In this document: positions 31,843-42,178 of the stretch, in pieces | Layout of the letters: every line of letters begins with the position of its first letter | How positions within the stretch are numbered: position 1 is the stretch's first letter | Notes under the pieces: model-generated | Told to the model about the DNA's origin: nothing | The model's database searches: none | The model's input: the letters and a program-made list of their open reading frames with translations, nothing else | Position numbers and translations under genes: made by a program | Source of the DNA: Deltaproteobacteria bacterium | GTDB lineage: Bacteria; Myxococcota; Myxococcia; Myxococcales; 40CM-4-68-19 | Direction: 5' to 3' | Length of the DNA stretch: 57,415 nt | Assembly (NCBI GenBank): GCA_005888115.1 | Contig: VBKO01000341.1 | Coordinates: forward strand, 1 to 57,415

Positions 31843-33148
31843 GCAGCACCTTCTCCAGAACGTCGTCCACGGTGACGACGCCCAGGAGCTTTCCGCCCTC
31901 GTCCTCCACCGGCAGCGAGAAGAGGTTGTACTTCGCCGCCTGCTCCGCCACCTTGCGCGGCGAATCGTCGGGCCGCAACGGCGCCGGGTGCTCGTGCATC
32001 AGGCCCAGGACGCGGCTCTCCGGCTTCGCAACGATGATGTCGCGCAGCGACAGCACGCCTGCGAGCTTCCCTTCGGGCCCCAGCACGAAGGCGTCGTGCA
32101 GGTGGGCGATGTTCTCGGCCTGGGCGCGCACCTGCTCCAGCGCCTGCGCCGCGGTCAGCTCGGGTGAGAGCCGGAGGAACTCCGGGTTCATCATGCCGCC
32201 CGCGCTGTCCTCGTCGTAGGTGAGGAGCCGCTCGACCTCGCGCGCCTCCGACGGCTCCATCTCGGCGAGCAGCTCGGCGGACTCTTCGCGAGGCAGGTCG
32301 GCGAGCAGGTCGGCGGCGTCGTCGGCCTGCATCTCCTCCAGCACGTCGGCCGCCTTGTCCGGCTCCAGCGCGTGGAGCAGCTCGCGCTGCAGCTCGGGCT
32401 GGACCTCCTCGAGCGCGTCCGCCGCTGCTTCGACCGGAAGCTCGCGGAAGAGCACGGCCCGCTCGCGGCGGTCGAGGTCTTCGAGGATCTCGGCCAGGTC
32501 GGCGGGGTGCATCTCGGAGAGCGCGGCCCGGGAGAGATCGAGGCGGACCCGAGGCGACCCCGCCGCCAGGGGCTGCACGTGCTTCCAGGAGACGAGCCTG
32601 TCGGTCCGCAGGTATGGCGCGCCCGGCTTGAGGCGGCGCACCAGCGCGTCGATCATCCGCTGCCAACCCATGCGGCGCACGAGCCCGCGAAAGCCGACGT
32701 CCACGTGGGCGACGCGCAGCTCGCCTCGCGCGCGAAGCAGGTGCAGGTCGTTGACCCGCTCCACCTTGGCATCGTCGGTGTCGACGATCTGCCGGTCGAG
32801 GACATCCTGTGCGAGCGGGATCTCGCTGGAGAGGAGCTGCAGCGGCCGGAGCGCCTCCGCGCCGCGCTTGAGCCGCAGCGCCCTTCCGTCCCACTCGTCC
32901 ACGTCCTCCCATTCCACCCGCTTCACCTGGCCGCCCCGGTGGGTGCGGACGCGCAACGCCTTCACCCGCGGGTACGCCCCCGCCGCGTCCGCGAGCAGAT
33001 CGACCAGGTTGCCCAGGCGCCCGCCGTCGGGGCCCACGACGGGCAGGCCGAGCAGATCGGAAAGGAAGAGGAAGGTCCCCTCGCGCGGCGGCTGGCTGAC
33101 GGCGGGCGCGGGCGCCGCCGGTCCGTTCTCGTTCGTGTGCGCCGGCAC
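31835..33148 (-). CDS. PRC-barrel / MgtE N-terminal domain / CBS-pair protein with no transmembrane domain
   Basis: 437 aa: LFLSDLLGLPVVGPDG (PRC-like), HPADLAEILEDL and DKAADVLEEMQADDAADLLADL (MgtE_N), then two CBS motifs. It ends where the MgtE TM domain would begin. It overlaps the NRAMP start by 8 nt. Confidence 0.9.
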   Translation of the reverse strand: MPAHTNENGPAAPAPAVSQPPREGTFLFLSDLLGLPVVGPDGGRLGNLVDLLADAAGAYPRVKALRVRTHRGGQVKRVEWEDVDEWDGRALRLKRGAEALRPLQLLSSEIPLAQDVLDRQIVDTDDAKVERVNDLHLLRARGELRVAHVDVGFRGLVRRMGWQRMIDALVRRLKPGAPYLRTDRLVSWKHVQPLAAGSPRVRLDLSRAALSEMHPADLAEILEDLDRRERAVLFRELPVEAAADALEEVQPELQRELLHALEPDKAADVLEEMQADDAADLLADLPREESAELLAEMEPSEAREVERLLTYDEDSAGGMMNPEFLRLSPELTAAQALEQVRAQAENIAHLHDAFVLGPEGKLAGVLSLRDIIVAKPESRVLGLMHEHPAPLRPDDSPRKVAEQAAKYNLFSLPVEDEGGKLLGVVTVDDVLEKVLHG

Positions 33149-33247
33149 CTCGCGCCCGGTAGCAGAGGTCCGGCGAGATGGTCAAGCGACGTTGGCGACT
33201 CGCCGCACCCCTCGATTGGTCAGCACGCGATCAGTTGGGGGGTCGAG

Positions 33248-33288
33248 GGGGGAGCGAGCTCCCCCTTGTAGAGGCGCCGAAGGCGCCG
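33248..33288 (-). terminator. Two adjacent GC-rich hairpins downstream of the CGNR gene (possible terminator, no U-tract)
   Basis: GGGGGAG-CGAG-CTCCCCC at 33248-33265 and GGCGCC-GAA-GGCGCC at 33274-33288. They lie between the CGNR stop (33326) and the next minus-strand start (33148). Confidence 0.25.
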
Positions 33289-33325
33289 GATCGAAGAGGG
33301 TGTCGCCAAAGGCAGCGCCATCGAA

Positions 33326-33961
33326 TCAATCCAACCTCTTCACTTTTCGATAATGGCGTCGCGCCTTGGCGCGGTTGCCGCAGTCCTTCATGCTGCACCA
33401 GCGGCGCGATCCGTTGCGGCTCTCGTCCACGAAGAGCCAGCTGCATCCGGTGGTCTCCCGCATCCCGCACAGCTTGACGGGCGCGGCGTGGTCTCCGGCG
33501 AGCAGCTCCACGGCGGAGAGCGCGACCGGCCAGAGCATGCGGCGGAGATCGTCCGTGTCGTCCCAGCCGAGCGAGAACCCGCGGCCGCTCTGGACGACCC
33601 GCCGGTGCGGGAGGGCGTCGGCGAGCGCGCGGTTGAGCACCGCGAGGTGCTGCGGCGAGGGGCGCCTGTCTTCCGCCAGCGCGAGGAAGATCTCGAAGAG
33701 CGTCTCCCGCAGCTCGACCGCCGCGGCCAGCGCCCCGGTGGCGGCGGCCGGCTCGCGCTGGGCGCGGAGCAGCAAGGCGCGCCCCTGGGCGGGCGAGAGC
33801 AGCTCGCCCTGCCGCGCCCAGGCGACCAGGTCGGCGTAACCGTGCAGGTGCTCGCTGGGATCGACGCGCCGGTCACCGCCGACCGTGTTGGTAAAGTCGA
33901 GGCAGGGCTCCCCGCCGATGAACTCGAACCGGTACTGCTCGCCGCGCATCATCTCCACCAT
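33326..33961 (-). CDS. CGNR zinc-finger (ABATE) domain protein, putative regulator
   Basis: 211 aa with C-terminal CSWLFVDESRNGSRRWCSMKDCGNRAKARRHY. Confidence 0.85.
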   Translation of the reverse strand: MVEMMRGEQYRFEFIGGEPCLDFTNTVGGDRRVDPSEHLHGYADLVAWARQGELLSPAQGRALLLRAQREPAAATGALAAAVELRETLFEIFLALAEDRRPSPQHLAVLNRALADALPHRRVVQSGRGFSLGWDDTDDLRRMLWPVALSAVELLAGDHAAPVKLCGMRETTGCSWLFVDESRNGSRRWCSMKDCGNRAKARRHYRKVKRLD

Positions 33962-33980
33962 GCAACCCCCAAAGAGCCAC

Positions 33981-34018
33981 TTGACAGGTTAGATAGCGCC
34001 GACGTATATAACCGTCAA
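33981..34018 (+). promoter_or_regulatory. Sigma70-like promoter (TTGACA-17/18-TATATA) embedded in an imperfect inverted repeat, candidate operator
   Basis: TTGACA at 33981-33986 and GTATAT/TATATA at 34004-34010. The inverted-repeat arms are TTGACAGGTTA (33981-33991) and TAACC-GTCAA (34009-18). This is an AT-rich patch in the divergent region between the CGNR gene and the exporter operon. Confidence 0.45.
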
Positions 34019-34052
34019 CTGCCGCTTGTGGTGGTTAGAGAAGGAGCCCGTC

Positions 34053-34229
34053 ATGTTGCCTCTCGCCAGTGTCGGTCTCGCAAGCTCGACCCGCGCCGCC
34101 TTCCGCGCCGCGGTGCTGCTCCTCGCCTGGCTCGCTCTCTGGTTCTCGGTGCTGATCGCGATCCTGGACCGCCCGCTCCCCAAGGCATCCCAGCCGCGCG
34201 TCCAGGCCGCCGCCGCGCAGCGCGCTTGA
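34053..34229 (+). CDS. Small (58 aa) single-TM protein, hypothetical
   Basis: AAGGAG lies 7-8 nt upstream of ATG 34053. GC3 is high. It has one hydrophobic helix (AAVLLLAWLALWFSVLIAIL). It is the first ORF after the promoter. Confidence 0.45.
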   Translation: MLPLASVGLASSTRAAFRAAVLLLAWLALWFSVLIAILDRPLPKASQPRVQAAAAQRA

Positions 34230-34277
34230 GCGGCGAGTCTCTCTGCGCGAGCAGAGGTCCTGTGTTACAGACCGGCA

Positions 34278-35516
34278 GTGCCGACGCCGCCGTCCGTCGC
34301 CGACGAGCTGAAGAGCCTGCGCATCGAGCGCACGGCGAAGCAGAGGTCCCTGCCCTCGTGGGCACCGCCCGCCATCGGCGTCGCGGCCGTTGCCGTGGTG
34401 CTGTTCGTCGCCTGGAAGCTGCTGGCGCCGCGCGTGTTCGTGCCCGAGGTCGAGACCACGGCCGTGGCGCTGGTCAGCCCCGCGCAGGCGCAGCAGCTCC
34501 TGGTCGCCACCGGGTACGTGGTGCCGCAGCGCCAGGCGAACATTTCGCCGCGCATCGGCGGCCGGGTGGCGAAGCTGTTCGTCGAGGACGGCACCGTGGT
34601 CAAGAAGGGGCAGCTGATCGCGGTACTCGAGGATCAGGACTACCGCGCGCAGGTGGTGCAGGCCGAGGCCGACGCGCGCTCGGCGGAGGCGCGCGAGAGG
34701 CGGGCCCAGGTGGAAGTGCGCGACGCGCAGCGCGCGTTCGACCGCGAGAAGACGGTGCAGGAGAAGGGTGTCTCCACCCCCGCCGCGCTCGACCAGGTCA
34801 CCGCGCGCCTGGACGGCTCCAAGGCGGCGCTCTCCGCGGCGCGCGGCGATTCGGCGTCCGCGCGCGCGCGTGTAGAAGTCGCGAAGGTCAACCTGGAGAA
34901 CTGCTACGTGCGCGCGCCATTCGACGGGCGCATCACGCAGAAGCTCACCGACATCGGCGAGATCGTCTTCGGCGCCCTGAGCGCCGGAACCGGCGGCCGC
35001 GGCGGCATCGCGTCGCTCGCCGACTTCTCCACCCTCCAGGTGGAGGCCGACGTGTCGGAGAGCCAGGTGGCCAAGCTGAAGATCGGGACGCCCGCCGAGA
35101 TCGTCCTCGACGCCTTCCCGGACCGCCGCTACCGCGGCAAGGTCGCCGAGGTCCGCCCCCGAGTAGACCGGGCAAAGGCGACGGTGACCGTCAAGGTGGG
35201 CTTCGTCGACGATCCCGCCGACGTGCTGCCCGACATGGGGGCGAAGGTGACGTTCCTCGCCAAGGAGCTGGACGAGGCCGCCGCGAAGGCGCAGCCGATC
35301 CGGGCGGTGCAGGCGGACGCGGTCGTCGAGCGCGGCGAGACGAAGGTGGTCTGGGTGGTCGATCCGCAGGACCAGCTCCGGTCGGTCCCGGTGATCACCG
35401 GAGCTCCGATGGGGGGCCTGGTCGCGCTCCGCGACGGGCCGCCGCCGGGCACCAAGGTGGTCCGCCGACCGGATGGTGATCTGAGGACCGGTATGAAGGT
35501 GAAGGAAAAGCAGTGA
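34278..35516 (+). CDS. Efflux periplasmic adaptor (HlyD/MacA-type membrane fusion protein)
   Basis: 412 aa with an N-terminal TM, a lipoyl-like segment (GRVAKLFVEDGTVVKKGQLIAVLE), a coiled-coil hairpin, and YVRAPFDGRI. Confidence 0.9.
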   Translation: MPTPPSVADELKSLRIERTAKQRSLPSWAPPAIGVAAVAVVLFVAWKLLAPRVFVPEVETTAVALVSPAQAQQLLVATGYVVPQRQANISPRIGGRVAKLFVEDGTVVKKGQLIAVLEDQDYRAQVVQAEADARSAEARERRAQVEVRDAQRAFDREKTVQEKGVSTPAALDQVTARLDGSKAALSAARGDSASARARVEVAKVNLENCYVRAPFDGRITQKLTDIGEIVFGALSAGTGGRGGIASLADFSTLQVEADVSESQVAKLKIGTPAEIVLDAFPDRRYRGKVAEVRPRVDRAKATVTVKVGFVDDPADVLPDMGAKVTFLAKELDEAAAKAQPIRAVQADAVVERGETKVVWVVDPQDQLRSVPVITGAPMGGLVALRDGPPPGTKVVRRPDGDLRTGMKVKEKQ

Positions 35517-36232
35517 CGGAGGCAGACATGGCCGAGGTGGCCGAGAGGGCTCCGCGCGGTGCGCGGCCGATCGTGGAGATCCGCGGGCTGCGCAAGGTGT
35601 ACGCGCGGGAGAAGCAGGAGGTGACCGTGCTCGACGGCATCGACCTGGACATCCCGGAAGGCTCGTTCGAAGCTCTGATGGGCCCATCGGGGTCCGGCAA
35701 GACGACCCTGCTCAATCTCATCGCCGGAATCGATCAGCCCACCGCCGGGACCGTGCGGGTGGCCGGCTCGGACATCGGCCGCATGGGCGAGACGGAGCGC
35801 GCCGCCTGGCGGGCGCGCAACATCGGGTTCATCTTCCAGTTCTACAACCTGATGCCGGTGCTCACCGCCGCCGAGAACGTCGAGCTGCCACTCCTGCTCA
35901 CGCCGCTCTCGAAGGCGGAGCGCAGGCGCCGCGTCGAGGTGGCGCTCAAGCTGGTCTCGCTCACCGACCGCGCCGATCACACGCCGCGCCAGCTCTCCGG
36001 CGGCCAGCAGCAGCGGGTGGCGATCGCGCGCGCCATCGTCGCCGACCCGCAGATCATCGTGGCCGACGAGCCCACCGGCGACCTCGATCGCAAGAGCGCG
36101 GAAGAGGTGCTGGGGCTCCTCACCACGCTCAACGAGACGCTGGGGAAGACCATCGTGATGGTCACCCACGACCCTCACGCGGCCCAGAGCGCGAAGATCC
36201 AACGCCGGCTGGACAAGGGGTTGCTCACGTGA
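35513..36232 (+). CDS. ABC transporter ATP-binding protein (MacB/LolD type)
   Basis: Walker [11 protein letters not shown], signature [14 protein letters not shown], Walker [13 protein letters not shown]. The GTGA start overlaps the upstream stop. Confidence 0.93.
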   Translation: MTEADMAEVAERAPRGARPIVEIRGLRKVYAREKQEVTVLDGIDLDIPEGSFEALMGPSGSGKTTLLNLIAGIDQPTAGTVRVAGSDIGRMGETERAAWRARNIGFIFQFYNLMPVLTAAENVELPLLLTPLSKAERRRRVEVALKLVSLTDRADHTPRQLSGGQQQRVAIARAIVADPQIIVADEPTGDLDRKSAEEVLGLLTTLNETLGKTIVMVTHDPHAAQSAKIQRRLDKGLLT

Positions 36233-37383
36233 CGCTTACCGGCCTGGCGCTGCGCAACGCCTTCCTGCGCAACAAGACGCGCGCCTTCCTCACCGTGCTG
36301 GGCACCATGGTCGCTGCGCTTGCGTTCGTGTTCCTCCGGACCGTGATCTCGGCGTGGTACGCGAGCAGCGACGCCAGCGCAGCCGATCGCGTGGTGACGC
36401 GGAACGCGGTCTCCATCACGCAGACGCTCCCGCTCTCGTACCGCGAGCGGATCCTGCAGGTGCCCGGCGTCACCAAGGTCACTTACTCGAACTGGTTCGG
36501 GGGCATCTACAAGGATCCAAAGAACTTCTTCGCGAGGTTCGCGGTCGACGCGCCCACGGCGCTCGAGGTGTTCAACATCCGCTTCCTGGAAGGCACCAAG
36601 GAGGACTTCCTCTCCGACCGGAACGCATGCATCGTGGGCAAGAAGCTCGCCGATCGGTATGGGTTCAAGGTAGGCGACACGCTGCCGCTGCAAGGCGATA
36701 GCTATCCCGGCGAGTGGCGCTTCCGGATCGCCGGCATCGTGGATTCGCCGGATGACGATTCGCTGGCCAACACCATGTACTTCCATTGGAAGCGTTGGAG
36801 CGAGGGGGTTCGGGAAGGACTCAAGGACATGGTCGGCGTCTACACCATCACGGTGGCTGACGCGCGCCGCTCTCCGGAAGTGGTACGCCAGATCGACGGC
36901 CTGTTCGCCAACAGCGAATACGAGACGCACACCGAGACGGAGAAGTCGTTCCGCCTCTCGTTCGTGCAGGGCTCTTCCGCAATCCTCGCCGCGCTCGAGG
37001 CGGTCAGCGGCGTCATCCTCGCCATCATGGCGCTCATCCTGGCCAACACCCTGGCCATGGGATTGCGCGAGCGCACGCCGGAGCTGGGCGCGATGCGTGC
37101 CATCGGCTTCCTGCCCAGGCACGTGCGGGCCATCTCCGTGACCGAAGGAGCGATGCTCGGCGGGCTGGGCGGCCTGCTCGGGGTGACGCTTTCGCAACCC
37201 ATTCTCACCGGCTTCGGGAAGGCGCTTTCCAGCCTGGGGTTCCTCACCGGCATCACCTTCAAGCCGGGCACCGCGCTCCTCACCCTCGTCCTCGCTGCCG
37301 TCATCGGAGCTCTGGCCAGCGTCCTCCCCGCCTGGCAAGCGGGCCGGATGGAGGTCGTCGACGCGCTCCGGAGGCAGGAGTGA
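36229..37383 (+). CDS. ABC transporter permease, FtsX/MacB-periplasmic-domain type
   Basis: 384 aa: N-terminal TM, large periplasmic domain, then three C-terminal TM segments (FtsX-like). Confidence 0.88.
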   Translation: MTLTGLALRNAFLRNKTRAFLTVLGTMVAALAFVFLRTVISAWYASSDASAADRVVTRNAVSITQTLPLSYRERILQVPGVTKVTYSNWFGGIYKDPKNFFARFAVDAPTALEVFNIRFLEGTKEDFLSDRNACIVGKKLADRYGFKVGDTLPLQGDSYPGEWRFRIAGIVDSPDDDSLANTMYFHWKRWSEGVREGLKDMVGVYTITVADARRSPEVVRQIDGLFANSEYETHTETEKSFRLSFVQGSSAILAALEAVSGVILAIMALILANTLAMGLRERTPELGAMRAIGFLPRHVRAISVTEGAMLGGLGGLLGVTLSQPILTGFGKALSSLGFLTGITFKPGTALLTLVLAAVIGALASVLPAWQAGRMEVVDALRRQE

Positions 37384-38543
37384 TCCCGCTTTCCTACAAC
37401 GTCCGGTCGATCCTCCGGCGGCGCTTTTCCGCGGTGGCGACCGCGGCGGGGCTGAGCCTGGTGGTGTTCGTCTTCGCAGCGGTGCTCATGCTCGCGGCGG
37501 GAGTGGAAGAGACCCTCAAGGCCACCGGATCGCCGCGCAACGCGATCCTCCTACGGAAAGGGTCGACGGTCGAGCTGACCAGTTTGCTCCCGCGGGAGGC
37601 GGCCAAGGTGTTCTCCGCCGATCCGGCCGTGGCCGCGCAGGGAGGGAAGGCGGTCGCGTCGCCCGAGCTCTTCGTCGTCTTCCAGCTGCAGCGCGCCGAT
37701 GGGAACGGGACCGCCAACGTCGGGTTCCGCGGAGTGACGCCCGACGGGTTGCACCTCCTGCGCAGCGAGACGGTGCATGTGATCGACGGACGGCTCCCGC
37801 AGCCGGCGACGAGCGAGGTGATGATCGGGAAGGCCATGCGCAGCCGCTACAAGGGGGCTGCGCCGGGACAGTCCATCCGCATCGCGCGGCGCGACTGGCA
37901 GGTGGTCGGCGTGTTCGAGGCGGGAGGAAGCGGTTTCGAGAGCGAGATCTGGGCCGACGCCGACCAGCTCATCGACGCCGCCCGAAGGCCCGGGTACTCG
38001 CAGCTCACCGTCCGTCTGCGATCGCCCTCCGACTTGTCGGCGCTGCGGTCCACCGTGGACGTCGATCCGCGCTTCAACCTCCAGGTGAAGCGCGAGGACA
38101 CTTATTACCAGGACGCCTCGGGGCCGTTGGCGGGCTTCGTGCGGGCGCTCGGAACGGTGATCGCCGTCTTCTTTGCCTTCGGCGCTACGCTCGGCGCGAT
38201 GATCACGATGTACGCGCAGGTGGCCAGCCGCGTGCGCGAGGTGGGCACCCTGCGCGCGCTCGGCTTCCGAAGGCGCTCGGTGCTCGGCAGCTTCCTCGAC
38301 GAGAGCCTGATCCTGGCGCTCATCGGCGCGGCCGCGGGTTGCCTGTTCGCCTCGTTCCTCGGGGCCGTCTCCTTCTCCACCGTGAACTTCTCCTCGTTCA
38401 CCGAGATCAAGTTCCGCTTCCACTTCGCGCCCGCCGTCGCGGCGTGGTCCACCCTGTTCGCAGTCGCGATGGGCCTGTTGGGAGGCGCCCTGCCGGCGAC
38501 GCGGGCCGCGCGGCTAGCGATCGCCGAAGCCACCAAAGGGTGA
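37380..38543 (+). CDS. ABC transporter permease, FtsX/MacB-periplasmic-domain type (paralog)
   Basis: 387 aa with the same architecture as the preceding gene. GTGA overlap. Confidence 0.88.
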   Translation: MIPLSYNVRSILRRRFSAVATAAGLSLVVFVFAAVLMLAAGVEETLKATGSPRNAILLRKGSTVELTSLLPREAAKVFSADPAVAAQGGKAVASPELFVVFQLQRADGNGTANVGFRGVTPDGLHLLRSETVHVIDGRLPQPATSEVMIGKAMRSRYKGAAPGQSIRIARRDWQVVGVFEAGGSGFESEIWADADQLIDAARRPGYSQLTVRLRSPSDLSALRSTVDVDPRFNLQVKREDTYYQDASGPLAGFVRALGTVIAVFFAFGATLGAMITMYAQVASRVREVGTLRALGFRRRSVLGSFLDESLILALIGAAAGCLFASFLGAVSFSTVNFSSFTEIKFRFHFAPAVAAWSTLFAVAMGLLGGALPATRAARLAIAEATKG

Positions 38544-38545
38544 GG

Positions 38546-40177
38546 GTGCTAGACTCGACCGAGCGCAAGCTGCTCGCGTTGCTGCTGGTCGCCTCGGGCT
38601 GGCTGTTCGTCTACTTCGACCGGCTGAACAACCCCAACGAGCTGGTGCGCGTCTACATGGCGCGCGCAATGCTGGAGCACGGTACGTATGCCATCGGCGA
38701 GCGGCGCGCCGTTCCGGGCGGATTCCGCGACTCCGGTCCGGTGTACTCGGATTGGGGATACGTCAACGACAAGGCGCTCGTGTGCGACGACCCACGCGCG
38801 CGGCCGCCGGCGTGCAGCGGCAAGCTGTATGCGGCCAAGGCGCCGGGCGCGTCGTTCCTGGCGGTGCCGGTGCTGGGCGCGCTCAAGCTCGCGTTCGGGC
38901 ACGAGCCCTCGCGCACCGCCGACGTCTTCATGCTGCGGTGGATCTTCTGCATCGTGCCCACCGCGCTGTTCTGGATCGCGATGCGGCGATTCCTGCTGGG
39001 CAGCGGGACGCCGCCGGCCGCCGCGCTCGCCTGCGCGCTGGCCGGCGCGCTCGGCTCGCTCTCCTTCACCTACGGGCAGATGTTCGCCGGACACCAGCTC
39101 GCCGCGCTGGGGCTGGGCACGGCGTTCCTCACCGCGTTCTGGCCGGCGAAATCGACGTCGAGCCCGGCGCCGACTTCGCCGCGCGCCGCGCTGCTCTTCG
39201 GTTTCGCCGCCGCGTTCGCGGTCTGCTGCGAATACCCGTCCGCGCCGGCGGCGCTACTGCTCGCGGGCGCGTGGCTGTGGTTCGGGCTCGCCTCGCCGCG
39301 GGCCCTCGCCATGGCGGCGCTGGGAGCTGCCCTGCCCCTCCTCGCGATGGCCCACTTCCATTGGTCCGCGTTCGGCGCTCCGTGGGCGACGCCCTACTCC
39401 CATCTCGAGAACCCCGAGTTCGTGCGGGACCTCGCGCCAGGGTTCCTCGGCATCTCGCCGCCCACGTGGGAGCGATTCCAGGGGTCGCTTTTCGCGCCCT
39501 ACCTCGGCCTGTTCTTCTGGGCGCCGTGGATCGCGCTCGCGCTGGGAGCGGCGCCGCTGCTCCTGCGGAAGCGGCATCCGGCCGGAGCCGCCGCCGCCTT
39601 GGTGGTCGGGTATTACGTCATCTTCCAGATCACGCACGCCCTCTGGCGCAGCGGCTGGGTGGTCGGTCCGCGCTACATGACGCCCGTGGTCCCCTTCGCC
39701 GCTGCCCTCATCGGGGTCGCCCTCGCGCAGGTCCGTCCCTCCGCGCGCCCGTGGGCCGTCGCGCTGCTCGGCGGGGCAGGCGCCGCGGCGATCGCGGCGA
39801 CGGGCCTTGCATCGACGGTGTGCCAGGCCTTCCCGCTCGAGGTGTACAACCCGCTGGTCGAGGTCGTGGCGCCGCTGCTCTCGCACGGCTACGTGCCCCG
39901 GAACCTGCTCCAGCAAGGCGGCGTGCCCGGCTTGTGGAGCGCCCTGCCCGTCCTGGCCGCGCTGGCCACCGGCATGGCGCTCCTTCTCACCGCCCCGTTG
40001 CGCCTCGACCCCGGCGCGCGCGGGCCGCATCGCCTGGCGCTCGCCGTCGCCGTCCTGCTCGCGATTGCGCAGTGGACCGCGACCGCCGGCGATTCGGAGG
40101 CCCACTCCGTCGCGGTGCGCTTCCTCGCCTCCGTCTGGGAACCCGATCCGCCGCCGGGCGCCCGGCCGATCCGCTAG
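38546..40177 (+). CDS. Polytopic membrane protein, GT-C-fold (ArnT/PMT-like) glycosyltransferase candidate
   Basis: GTG lies 2 nt after the permease stop. 543 aa, more than 10 TM segments. The first-loop segment NNPNELVRVYMARAMLEHGTYAIG followed by YAAKAPGASFLAVP resembles the DE...KPPL region of ArnT/PMT enzymes. Confidence 0.65.
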   Translation: MLDSTERKLLALLLVASGWLFVYFDRLNNPNELVRVYMARAMLEHGTYAIGERRAVPGGFRDSGPVYSDWGYVNDKALVCDDPRARPPACSGKLYAAKAPGASFLAVPVLGALKLAFGHEPSRTADVFMLRWIFCIVPTALFWIAMRRFLLGSGTPPAAALACALAGALGSLSFTYGQMFAGHQLAALGLGTAFLTAFWPAKSTSSPAPTSPRAALLFGFAAAFAVCCEYPSAPAALLLAGAWLWFGLASPRALAMAALGAALPLLAMAHFHWSAFGAPWATPYSHLENPEFVRDLAPGFLGISPPTWERFQGSLFAPYLGLFFWAPWIALALGAAPLLLRKRHPAGAAAALVVGYYVIFQITHALWRSGWVVGPRYMTPVVPFAAALIGVALAQVRPSARPWAVALLGGAGAAAIAATGLASTVCQAFPLEVYNPLVEVVAPLLSHGYVPRNLLQQGGVPGLWSALPVLAALATGMALLLTAPLRLDPGARGPHRLALAVAVLLAIAQWTATAGDSEAHSVAVRFLASVWEPDPPPGARPIR

Positions 40178-40188
40178 CCAGAGCTGGA

Positions 40189-42111
<1,923 letters not shown>

Positions 42112-42178
42112 GCGGCGCGCTCCATCCGCGCGCGCAGCGCCTGAAAGGCGGACAGCATGGCCCGCAAGGTCACCAAGA

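Noticed and set aside
33149-33325. M-box (Mg2+) riboswitch upstream of the MgtE-N/NRAMP pair.
   Set aside because: The 177-nt leader read on the minus strand lacks the conserved M-box segments (e.g. GUUAGGUGAGGCUCC... and the 3' GCUAAAGCUCUAC-like closing strand). It contains only two simple GC hairpins, which look more like the terminator of the upstream CGNR gene.
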